A stretch of DNA of 64,000 nt from Gammaproteobacteria bacterium (lineage in GTDB: Bacteria > Pseudomonadota > Gammaproteobacteria > Ga0077536), in assembly GCA_963662545.2 (NCBI GenBank), contig CAXXLL010000003.1:736001-800000 (forward strand). Direction: 5' to 3'. Below the pieces are notes generated by a model. It worked only from the letters and a program-made list of their open reading frames with translations. It had not been told where the DNA came from and did no database searches. How positions within the stretch are numbered: the stretch's first letter is position 1; each line of letters starts with the position of its first letter. Position numbers and translations under genes: made by a program. Positions 51,354 through 61,130 of this stretch are shown here, piece by piece.

Positions 51354-52348
51354 AGCTCAACCGGCGCGAAAACGAAGCGACTAGCATCGCTTTTCTCGAC
51401 GTCATCACCTGCGGATTCGGCGCGATCATCCTGCTCCTCATGATCGCCAAATTCGGCGATCCACCCGAGCCGGAGGTCCCGGACGACCCGCGCATCTCTG
51501 AGATCTCCGCCTTGCAGCGCAGCCTTTTCAAGATGCAGAGCCGCGCACGCGAGGTCGAAACCGCGATCGTCTCCAAGGACCAGCAACTGGCGGTGTGGAA
51601 ATCGGAATCCGTGCGCCTGGACAAGGAATTGATTGCGGCACGAAACCGCGGAAAAAGCATTCGGGATACGGCCGCCGCTAATGCCGCCATCCTCGGTGAA
51701 CTCAAAATCGCCCGGCAGAAACTTACAGAGGAGATGCGGCGCCTGTACCAGCAGCGCGACCGGGTCCGGACCGACCTGGTCGGAGGCATACCCATCGACA
51801 GCGAATACATCATCTTCATCATCGACACCTCCGGCAGCATGTTCCGCTACGCCTGGCCAAAGGTGATCGAGCAGTTCGTGGAAACCCTCACCGTCTACCC
51901 GAAATTGAAGGGGATCCAGATCATGAACGACATGGGTGCCTACATGTTCTCCAGCTACCGGGGAAAGTGGATCCCGGACACGCCCGGACGCCGACAGGCG
52001 ATCATCGATCGCCTGCGCACCTGGAACGCATTCTCAAACAGCAGCCCGGTCGAGGGCATTACGGCCGCGATTCGTTCATTTTATTCAGTCGACAAGAAGA
52101 TCAGCATTTACGTCTACGGCGACGAGTTCACGGGGCGTTCGATCCGCGAGGTCGTCCAATACATGGAAGCTATCAACCGCAAGGATGCACAAGGGAATCC
52201 GCTCGTTCGCATCCACGCGATCGGGTTTCCCGTGCAGTTCGCCAATCCACCCCACCTCCAGGGCACGGGGATCCGGTTCGCAACGCTCATGCGTGAACTT
52301 ACGCGCAGGAACGGCGGCACCTTCGTCGGCCTTAATTCGTTTCGATGA
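51350..52348 (+). CDS. ExbD/MotB-like TM + coiled coil + vWA protein (paralog)
   Basis: SIAFLDVITCGFGAIILLLMI; coiled coil; IIDTSGSM and VYGDEF. Confidence 0.85.
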   Translation: MKLNRRENEATSIAFLDVITCGFGAIILLLMIAKFGDPPEPEVPDDPRISEISALQRSLFKMQSRAREVETAIVSKDQQLAVWKSESVRLDKELIAARNRGKSIRDTAAANAAILGELKIARQKLTEEMRRLYQQRDRVRTDLVGGIPIDSEYIIFIIDTSGSMFRYAWPKVIEQFVETLTVYPKLKGIQIMNDMGAYMFSSYRGKWIPDTPGRRQAIIDRLRTWNAFSNSSPVEGITAAIRSFYSVDKKISIYVYGDEFTGRSIREVVQYMEAINRKDAQGNPLVRIHAIGFPVQFANPPHLQGTGIRFATLMRELTRRNGGTFVGLNSFR

Positions 52349-52469
52349 TTGGGTATGGACGACGCTTTTGGAAACGCGTTCGCAGAGACCTCGCATAATG
52401 GATCACCCATGCCAACAGGCGCGGGATGGTCTAAGCTTTAAGATCCCATTCCGCTGCACGGGGCAGCCT

Positions 52470-53078
52470 ATGATGAGATCCCGTCTCGCCGTCTTTCTCC
52501 TGGCCGTTGTGTTCGCGATGGTGCTCACAGGATGCCAGAAGAATGTGACGCTCAAGGTGCAAACCGAGATACCCGAACCCCTGGTCACGAAGCTGCCGCT
52601 TTCCGTCGGCGTGTATTATCCCGACGCGTTCCGCCGCTACGAATACGCCGAAACCACCGAGGAGCGCGGGACCTGGCGCATCGAGAGCGGCGACTCCCAG
52701 GTCAGGGTCTTTAATCGCATTCTCAGCGATCTGTTCTCGGAATTTCGCGAACTCAACAGCCCGCAAGCGGGCGCCGTCGAACTGATCGTCGTCCCCGAGA
52801 TCGCGAAGATGCAGTTCTCGATGCCGAAAGAAACGGGCTTCGACTATTTCGAAGCCTGGGTGGAATACGTCGTCAAGCTGCAAACCGGCGACGGCGAGGA
52901 GCTACCCTCGTGGCGCTTCACTGGCTACGGGCAGGCAAGGACCGGGCGCTTCGCTGGTTTCGAAACAGGCCTCGCCGATTCGCTGAGCGACGCACTCAGG
53001 AACGCTGGCGCGCAACTGGCCACGGGCCTGCCCGCGCATCCACCGGTCAAGCAGAGGGCCCAAAGGACAGGTCTTTGA
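52470..53078 (+). CDS. Hypothetical lipoprotein
   Basis: Start ATG 52470; lipobox LTGC. Confidence 0.75.
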   Translation: MMRSRLAVFLLAVVFAMVLTGCQKNVTLKVQTEIPEPLVTKLPLSVGVYYPDAFRRYEYAETTEERGTWRIESGDSQVRVFNRILSDLFSEFRELNSPQAGAVELIVVPEIAKMQFSMPKETGFDYFEAWVEYVVKLQTGDGEELPSWRFTGYGQARTGRFAGFETGLADSLSDALRNAGAQLATGLPAHPPVKQRAQRTGL

Positions 53079-53734
53079 TCTTACGCCTGATATGCCCAGT
53101 CCTGGTGTGTGCCCTGTTATCCGGCTGTAAGAGCCACACCGTCATCGATCGGCATCAGGAGATCCCCGTCGCCATGGAGAGTGGGGACTCCATCGTGCTG
53201 TTGGGCCGCAGTACGCGACTGGCGGAAAGCGGCGATCACGATTTTGTCGAGTGCGTTGGCAAGGCACTCGAAACGCGAAACGCAAACCTGGACATCATCG
53301 AAGAAAACGAATTCGTCGACGCCATGTATCCCTGGTTTGAAAACACCACCGCGCCGACGGAGGTAGGTATGCTCGAGCCCCTATTCAAAAATGACGCTAT
53401 TACCAATCGTTTTGCAGAACTCGCCATTAAGTACCTGATATGGATCGAAGGACGCACCGAGACCCTGGAGAGTATCGGCGGCATTACTTGCTCCATCGGA
53501 CCCGGTGGTGGCGGCTGTTTCGGATACAAAAGCTGGGATGACGAAGCCGACTACGTGGCCGCGATCTGGGACATTGACCAACAAGCGGATGCGGCGAGAA
53601 TCGGAACGCGGACCAACGGAACTTCGTACATGCCGGCCGTGATCATACCGATACCGCTGCTTGCCAGGGTGAAGTACACGGCCTGTGACGCGATGGCAGG
53701 GCAAATTTCGGATTATCTGAGTCTGCCTGAATAG
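53075..53734 (+). CDS. Hypothetical lipoprotein
   Basis: TTG start overlaps the previous TGA; lipobox LSGC; CSIGPGGGGCFG and PAVIIPIPL motifs. Confidence 0.75.
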   Translation: MILRLICPVLVCALLSGCKSHTVIDRHQEIPVAMESGDSIVLLGRSTRLAESGDHDFVECVGKALETRNANLDIIEENEFVDAMYPWFENTTAPTEVGMLEPLFKNDAITNRFAELAIKYLIWIEGRTETLESIGGITCSIGPGGGGCFGYKSWDDEADYVAAIWDIDQQADAARIGTRTNGTSYMPAVIIPIPLLARVKYTACDAMAGQISDYLSLPE

Positions 53735-53861
53735 CACGATCAGACTGGATTCGTAAATGGTCTGTTGACACGTTTATTTTGTCGATAATTGATCCCATAA
53801 TTAGAAGAGTGATCTCACATCCGCTTGGGATTATTGCCAAACGCAAAGGGAGTCCAGGCAA

Positions 53862-54536
53862 ATGATGAACAACGGCCCGCTATCACCACCATTCCGCGTA
53901 TATATCCTCGACGACCATAAGTTCGTAACTGAAATCTTAACCCATCGTCTGAATTCTGATCCGAATATCGAAGTTGTAGGGATCGGGAACAAGGGAAGTT
54001 CCGCACTGCACTTCATACAAACCCACCGTGTCGATATAGCTCTCCTAGATATGGAGCTCGAAGACGATGATGGCGTCCACGTCGCCGTTGAAATGATGAA
54101 ATTCGATCCTCGCATTCGCGTCGTGGGTTTATCAGCACATGTCACGAATCACTATCCACTGGCACTTCTCGAAGCCGGCGGGCGTGGATATATTTCGAAA
54201 AAAGCTTCCTCTACTGAAATAGTCGAAGGCATCCGCCGTGTAGCTCGCGGCGATATGACCATTAGTCCCGATGTTGCTTTTCACCTCGCAACTGAAGTTC
54301 AAGAAGCCGGGCCAGTAAGCAAGATTCGTGGCCTTACTTCCAAAGAGAGCACGATTCTAAAGTTGTATAGTCAGGGATATTCGGTTGACGAAATTGCCGA
54401 AAAACTGGGTATCACTGCCAAAACAGTTCAATCCCACCGCATCAACTTAAAACGAAAACTCAATATCCGTACCGATGTGGGCTTGTGTCTAGTGGCTTTA
54501 AAAGCCGGAATAATCGGGATTAGGGATACGAAATAA
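53862..54536 (+). CDS. NarL/FixJ (UvrY/GacA-like) response regulator
   Basis: ILDDH, ALLDMEL, GYISK receiver; LuxR HTH LTSKE..EIAEKLGITAKTVQSHR. Confidence 0.93.
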   Translation: MMNNGPLSPPFRVYILDDHKFVTEILTHRLNSDPNIEVVGIGNKGSSALHFIQTHRVDIALLDMELEDDDGVHVAVEMMKFDPRIRVVGLSAHVTNHYPLALLEAGGRGYISKKASSTEIVEGIRRVARGDMTISPDVAFHLATEVQEAGPVSKIRGLTSKESTILKLYSQGYSVDEIAEKLGITAKTVQSHRINLKRKLNIRTDVGLCLVALKAGIIGIRDTK

Positions 54537-54616
54537 ATAATCAGATCCCCGTCTGAATCCGGGGGTCAGACACTGATTCCCCCCCCGTGTATCAGGCTCC
54601 GGTTTTTCCGACGTCC

Positions 54617-54782
54617 TAAGGAATCTCTGATTAACATGGTACGTCTGAATTGTTCATGCAATGGTGCAGATCAAAGCACGAATCGCAGGCTATAGCGGGG
54701 ACTACGGGCAAGGTTCGTCGGTTAAGGCTTCGCGATTTCATGGACAAGGCGGATGGGCCATGACTCATTCAGAGGTTTCTTA
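54617..54782. mobile_element. Degenerate MITE (166 bp) with IS5-like ends
   Basis: taaggaatctctgattaa / tcattcagaggtttctta (14/18 inverted match); central motif shared with the 36438 MITE. Confidence 0.6.
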
Positions 54783-54944
54783 ACATCAAGCTTGATGGAT
54801 CGTGCGAAGTTCTGTCGCGTGCATCAATTTTTATGAATTTTCTAACAAACCTCGATACCAACCAAACTGACCTGCTGAAGAACGAAATCGGTCAAGCAAA
54901 GGTGCGCCTAGGGATTTGCCTGTTCATGGCGGCCTATTTTTATA

Positions 54945-56363
54945 GGGTCTACGCGGAAACGTGTGGGTTGATATTGGCATTTCTGGGTAGTGGCGGAAGA
55001 AATGCCGCAATGATTTTCAGTTTGAGGAATTCCTCATCACGATAGCCATAGGCGCGTCGTTGCAGGACCCGGATTTTGTTGTTGACCCCTTCGACCAATC
55101 CAAGAACATTTTTATTCATTCTACTGACCCAAATTTCGACTGACTTTATTCTTAGCATCACAATAGGAAGCAATGCCATCCCAATGGGATTCAATCAGCT
55201 CAGCAAACTTGCGATACGGCGCCAATCGCTGCCATTTCAGACTGTCCTTCCAGCGCTCGAAAAAGGCACGCGCGCCGCGCTCGGTACGGTAGTCCCAGAG
55301 TTGGCCGAAGGTTTCCTTGAGGACGTAGGCGGTGTTCAGACGCCGGTTGGCCTGGAGCAGTTTTTTCAGGGCTCGTCTGCCATCCAGATTCAGGTTCTCG
55401 CGTCGCGAGAGCAAGGTATATCGCTGGCCTTTGATGTAACTCCTGTCCTTGCCGCGGAGACGTTTGTATTCACGGCGCCGGACTTCATCGAGAGCCTTTG
55501 AGAGGTGGCGCATGATATGGAACTTGTCATAGATGATCCGCGCCTGCGGTGCGTTGTTCATGACCGAGTTACGGAACGGCTTCCACATGTCCATCGCCGC
55601 CAGTTCGATGCGAGCGCTCTTGTTCTCGCCCAATGCCTGGAAAAACAGGTCGATGTCAGCCTCTTTGCGACCTTCACCACCGACCCAGATAGGACGCCCC
55701 CGATCCAGGTCACTGACGATGACCCGGTAGTTATGTCCTTTGCGGATGGAGATCTCATCAATACCGATGGCCCGGGGTGCTGGCATGCCCGCCAGCTCAA
55801 CCTGCTTTTGCATGTACAGCTTATCGAGGTCTTTCACCGTGCTGTGGTGCAGGCGTTCCCTCTCGGCGACAGCCTGGTTCGGCATGTCCCGGCACAGCTT
55901 GCCCACCTGCATGGCAAAGCGCTGCGTATAGCGAGGGTTCTTTGCCAGCCAGTCAAGATGTTCTACCTGCACGCCGCCGCACCTCCGGCAACTGACACGC
56001 CAGCGTTCGAACTCCAGGTAGATTCGCCATCCGGCAACTGACAGGTCTCGTACTCGCAGCACCTTCTTGTCGTAACGCCCGCGGCACCGGTGAGCACAGT
56101 GAGAACAGATCGCTGTTTTTTTCGCCTCTTGAGTTGGATCACACGGGCATACCGATCACCAAACATGCCCACCAATTTCGATGCGGCGGTAAAACCAGGG
56201 AACGCAAACAGCGCTCGGATCGACTTGGGATTCTTCATGGCCTTAGCCTACCCACAAAATGAAACCACTTTCACCCCATACGAAATCTCTGAATGTCTAC
56301 ATGATTTCAATGGTTTACACTTGGTCTAATTCAGAATTTACCCACATGAATCCGCGTAGACCC
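54945..56363 (-). mobile_element. ISL3 family insertion sequence
   Basis: IRs gggtctacgcggaaacgtgtgggt / acccacatgaatccgcgtagaccc; 8-bp TSD tttttata (54937-54944, 56364-56371); IGIDEISIRKG, AMDMW, IYDKFHI, VEGVNNKI. Confidence 0.95.
54949..56238 (-). pseudogene. ISL3 transposase (likely programmed -1 frameshift; C-terminus disrupted by a 34-bp insertion)
   Basis: ORF pieces 55963-56238, 55121-56062, 54949-55194; A7C slippery site near 56115; insertion at 55105-55138. Confidence 0.85.
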
Positions 56364-57873
56364 TTTTTATACAACCGGCTACACGAATCACCCACTGTAT
56401 ATCTCATTCATCGTCTATTGTTTCTCATTCTTCATCATAAGCCACTCTGCAAAACGCTTTTCCCTGTTCCGGACTTTCTTCTGCCTATTTTTAGACAACT
56501 ATTTCACTATTGCCGGACTATACGTAACAGGGGAAAAAGGAACATTTTTATTCATTCTACTGACCCAAATTTCGATTGGTTACGGATTACGATTTGGTCG
56601 CGTTTATCATTGGACGTCAGTCTTAGTCGCCTGCGTTGGCGTAATAATCCTATACCTCTATTCCCCTTCTTGGAAAGGAAATCTACACCTTGCTCTTGCT
56701 TATGTTATCGGCACGCCATTTATCGCTTTCTATATCGATTTCTTGGTAAAAAATCTTAAGCGTTCGAAATTGGAATCAGATGAACGCGCTAACGACATAG
56801 CGGATCTACTCGCCTTCGTAGCACATGACATACGTACGCCGCATCATTCTCTTCTAACTACTGCAGCAGCCGCTAAATCTAACGCTGACGACGAACAGAT
56901 GCGAGCGCGTATCACGAGGATAGAAGATGGAATCAGATCGCTAGCGCGTTTGGCTACCGACGTACTGAGTGCTACCTCTGGAGACGTGCGCAAGCCGCGC
57001 GACTTGCGAACCACGATTTCTGTCTGCCAATGGGTTATTGAGGTATCCCGGAGGTTTCGAGACGAATTGGAATCGAAAAATATTCGGTTGATCTACAGTT
57101 TCAATATGGATGTATGGGCAGCTATTAGCCTGGATTTACTTCCTGCCGAGCGGCTTCTACTCAATACACTTTCTAACGCGGTACGACACGCCGGGAATGG
57201 AGAAATTGAGATTAAGCTTACATTAACATGTCACAACGAATCTAAGGGAGACCTCGTTTTTACTATTACGAATAGGTTAGGAAAACCAACTGGAATAGCA
57301 GATTCGTTATCAGTTAGCGAACCCGCCGCCTCCTCCAAGGAGTACTACGGAGCGGGTCTGGGACTACTGGTCGCAAACGAACTCGCTTCTTCTTTAAACG
57401 GTGACTTTTCATTCCATCAAAATGACCTAAATGAATACATCACACGGATACGCATACCCTGCTACCACGCTAGCAATGACGAAATCAGTGGGGTTCTTCT
57501 TCCCCTGGTGCTCGTAACCCAGAGTATCGACCTCGTATCGCGTTTTCGATCAGTACTGCGAGACGAAACTAACGTAATTATATTTCGTCGAATTCAAGAC
57601 CTATCTTCTTTTGTACGAGACATAGACAAAAATGTCGCAGCAATAATCATCGACGAGGCATTAGTGGGCGATACCCTCGCAACTTCCAGTGCTGCTTCCA
57701 CCCTTACTCTCCCGAAATACTATTCTCTAATTCAGTCCACAGCAGACGTCCGACCTTCGGCGCTCCCCCATTCCGCTCTCAATTCTATTGGCTCGGATCC
57801 AAGTGACAGAGAAATTCTAAATACTGTTCGTTCTCAGTCGGCTATACGTGAAAATGAAACCCTAGGTGACCTT

Positions 57874-59294
57874 CATAGGTTAGTTCTTAAGCGGCCGCAT
57901 GAACATGCTGAAGGCCGAGCTTGAGTCGTCCCGAAATGCAATCGCGGTCAGGTTTTGCGCGCTGAGCGTTGCTGGCCAAATAGCGCAACGCGTGTTCGAG
58001 CGGTCGGTGTAAAGAGCGGGGCCGATGGATAAGCGTATGGAGAATGGGACCGAGCACGTGATGAATGCACTTGGCCGCGGTATGAGTCGAGATGGCGACG
58101 TTCAACCAGCGCTCGGTGACATGAGCGCAATAGCGCTGCAGCGTTGCGGCGCATAGTGCGGCCCAGATAAGCCCTTCGGCGATGTGCGGGTTGGCGGTAT
58201 CAAAGGCGTGTAGATTGGCGTAAGACTTCCACTCTTTGAATAGCAGCTCGACCTGCCAGCGTAATCGATACGCGTCGCTAATATGCTCGGGCGTAAAGGT
58301 GGTGGCGTCGAGATTGGTGATGAGATAACGAGGTGCTGCACCTTTTTTAAGGTTGGGGTGCACGACTAAACGACAGGTCCAGGGTCCCTGCACGCCGTCG
58401 AATTGCACGGCCATGTCGAGGCAATCGAAGCGCTTTAAGGTCGATGCCACCGCTTTCAATCGCTGCTTGTCAAAGCGTTTGACCCGCCGCCCATCGGCGC
58501 GACGAGCGGCAACGATCAGCGGATTGATACCTTGACCCGCGCGCACGATGAAATAGCCGCCGGCGGTGTCGAGCGCTTCAAAGTAAGGCCGCGCGAAGTA
58601 GCCACGGTCGGCCAGCAGCAAACCGCCAGCGACCTCTATCCGCCGGCAAGAACTGCCGCTCTGCTGAGCTGTCAGGGCTGAGTACGACCTCGTTCAGGGT
58701 CTCACTGAGCAGGTCGAGATCGGCATGGAGCTCTACCGCGGCGGGACTCACGGTCGTGAAGCGACCGGGAAAGCTGTCCTTCAGCGCCGGTTTTAACGCA
58801 AACGAGGTGCCGTCCTGGATGCGGATGTGGTCAAACTGCGCAAATGGGCTGTTGGGTTCGAATCGGAGGACATCGCAGGCCAGGCCATTGAGCAATTCGC
58901 TTAGCAGCGCTTGCATAAACATCGGAAACTGTTTTTTGGCGAGCTGATTATGAAACGGTTTGTAGCGCACCGTGGTCGAGCACAGCGCATTGAAAGCGCG
59001 TTGAATATCAGCGATACAGCTCGCTGAGTGCCCGGCGAAGCTTTCGATTAGGCTTACCGCTAAACGGAACGGCGTGACCTCCCTTTCTCGGCGACAGAAT
59101 CGCGTTGCACGCCCCAAGTCGTTGAGCGTACGCTCGCCTAGCGTGCGTTTTAACTGCCGGCTCACTGTGCTAATTTCGCTGTGCTTCATCCGATACTCCC
59201 AGATCACGAAGTCGATTGGTGTTGATTTCATGATCTGATCGGATGGAGCGCTTTTGGTTCCCTCTTTTCAACGGCTTATAAGATCCGACCTATG
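57874..59294 (-). mobile_element. IS4 family insertion sequence
   Basis: IRs cataggttagttcttaagc / gcttataagatccgacctatg; 10-bp TSD aggtgacctt (57864-57873, 59295-59304). Confidence 0.93.
57887..59189 (-). pseudogene. IS4 family DDE transposase, frameshifted
   Basis: IQDGTSF, LLADRGYF, YRLRWQVELLFKEWKS (YREK); frameshift near 58640. Confidence 0.88.
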
Positions 59295-60238
59295 AGGTGA
59301 CCTTAATCTGGAAAACATTAATAGTGGCACCTTAAAAGGAAAGCACGTTCTGATCCTCGATGATAACCGTGTGAATCGGGCTTTACTTCAGGAAGGCATA
59401 CGGAATGCAGAAGGAGAAATCACGATCGCCGCCAATATCGTGGACGGCGTAAATATTCTAAAAATCAAAAATTTTGATGCCATTCTTCTTGACTGGAATT
59501 TGGGCGATCAATCGGGTGTTCGGATTCTAGAATATCTATCTTCCATTCCAAAAGAAAAACAGCCTGCCGTTTTTGTACTAAGTTCAGAATCCTCAGGGAA
59601 AATCAATCTACAAGTGAAACCTAATTCAGTAGCGGCTGTTATGGAACGGCCGGTTGCGATAAGCGAAGTCATAAAGACTATCGACCAAAATTTAAATGGA
59701 TATAGTTCGCAAGCCCATACTTTCAGGAGTTTTCGTGGATCGAATTTATTTGATATTTCTATGTACGACGAGCTAATTTCAAGTGGCACGCAATGCAAAC
59801 AAATTCTCTCTCTGTTGACCGATTTTGAATATTCGATAGAGAAACATATCCAACTCATAAAAAAAGCTATACGAGAACGAGACCTTTCGAACTCCGCCAA
59901 GCAGTTTCATTCGATAAAAAGCATCTGTTTTGCTTCGGGCACCTATACGATGGGTGAATATTTTGACTACTCGGCGGTTCGAATGTTTAGTAACTCAAAT
60001 TCCGCATCGATGATTGATCTATCGAGGTTTATCGATCCAGGAATTAGGATCTGGGATATTACGCGGGCGCATATCAATATTTACAAATTGTCATTAACGG
60101 AAATGTGATTTCTCCGTGTATTTCGAAGACGTACAATTTGCAGGTTTTGTCAAATAGAGGACTTCTTTTTAGGGCGCCCGATCGCTAGGGCCTCAGGGAA
60201 TATCTTCCGAATATTAAAAATATATCAAAACGATTTGC

Positions 60239-61108
60239 TTAGCCCGCTAGTTTTGCAACACCGATTGGTGGTTCGAATTCAATGTTGTGTATCTGATCTC
60301 GTTTCACTTTGTTGAAAACATCACCGGCCAAAACATAGTCATCAAGCGTCCAAGGGTGAAACTTTGGATGAAAATACCGGATTAAGTGCAATACAATCGC
60401 AACGAATACGCCCTTATCATTCAGCAGCTTGGTCGTGTCAATAATTAGTTGCCGTTTGCATAACTCATGCTCTTGAGCAAGCAAACGTACTGTTCCCAAA
60501 ATCAAAATCCCGAAAAAGACGGGGAAAACCAATATGGCACCCATTATCCTGGTGAAATATCCTGGATATAAGGCCTGCAATGCGTTGTGAGCGACTGCTT
60601 TATGCTCTATTTCTTCGGCGAAATGCCATTCAAAAAGGCGTTTTAATTCAGGCGTCGCTTCTTGCAGTAGATTTTTCCCCAGATAAATGTTTCCAAGACT
60701 GGCGTTGATGTGCTCTATCGCGGCGACCACTGAGATCCGTAGCCAACGTGGTTGCAACGGCTCCAGTATCTTATAGAGAAAGGTATTTATAATCGCTACG
60801 AAGCGATCGACATTCACTCCATATTCTGAGAGTTTTTCCCAGTACTTTTTATGGGCGATGCCATGGAGCGATTCCTGTCTGAAAAATTCGCGTAATTCCG
60901 CTTTGTGCTCTTCGTCCGGTATCAGTTCCAAGCAGGGCTGCAACGATCTAATGTAATATTTTTCGTTGTCCGGCACTAGCATCGTGTAAACGTCAAGCAG
61001 GGTTGTCTGTAAAGGACTGCCACCCAACCAGTACCTGGATTTCGAACCCGAGAAATCCCACGTTAATTTACGGGAAATGATGGGCCTAAGTGCCGATGAA
61101 CTTTTCAT
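60239..61108 (-). CDS. 'Metal-dependent hydrolase' family (ferritin-like diiron, PF10118-type)
   Basis: PDNEKYYIRS, FFRQESLHG, AAIEH, WHFAEEIEHKAVA, YFHPKFHPW; start uncertain (could extend to 61165). Confidence 0.85.
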   Translation of the reverse strand: MKSSSALRPIISRKLTWDFSGSKSRYWLGGSPLQTTLLDVYTMLVPDNEKYYIRSLQPCLELIPDEEHKAELREFFRQESLHGIAHKKYWEKLSEYGVNVDRFVAIINTFLYKILEPLQPRWLRISVVAAIEHINASLGNIYLGKNLLQEATPELKRLFEWHFAEEIEHKAVAHNALQALYPGYFTRIMGAILVFPVFFGILILGTVRLLAQEHELCKRQLIIDTTKLLNDKGVFVAIVLHLIRYFHPKFHPWTLDDYVLAGDVFNKVKRDQIHNIEFEPPIGVAKLAG

Positions 61109-61130
61109 CTGGTCATTAGCGGTTGGCGAT

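Larger units (their letters stand above)
54833..60108 (+). pseudogene. RpfC-like hybrid sensor histidine kinase (TM sensor-HisKA-HATPase-REC-HPt), interrupted by two IS elements
   Basis: Segments 54833-54944 + 56372-57873 + 59305-60108 join in frame (2418 bp, 805 aa); EIGQAKVRL, ISIGYGLRFG, SPSWKGN, AHDIRTP, SNAVRH, GAGLGL, LILDDN..LLDWN, FHSIKS. Confidence 0.88.

Noticed and set aside
48166-52348. Zorya anti-phage system or flagellar stator
   Set aside because: No long ZorA tail, no OmpA-like peptidoglycan-binding domain, no ZorC/D/E or flagellar genes
56259-56759. 166-aa plus-strand ORF
   Set aside because: Wrong frame; the kinase TM region reads in the frame continuous with 56743
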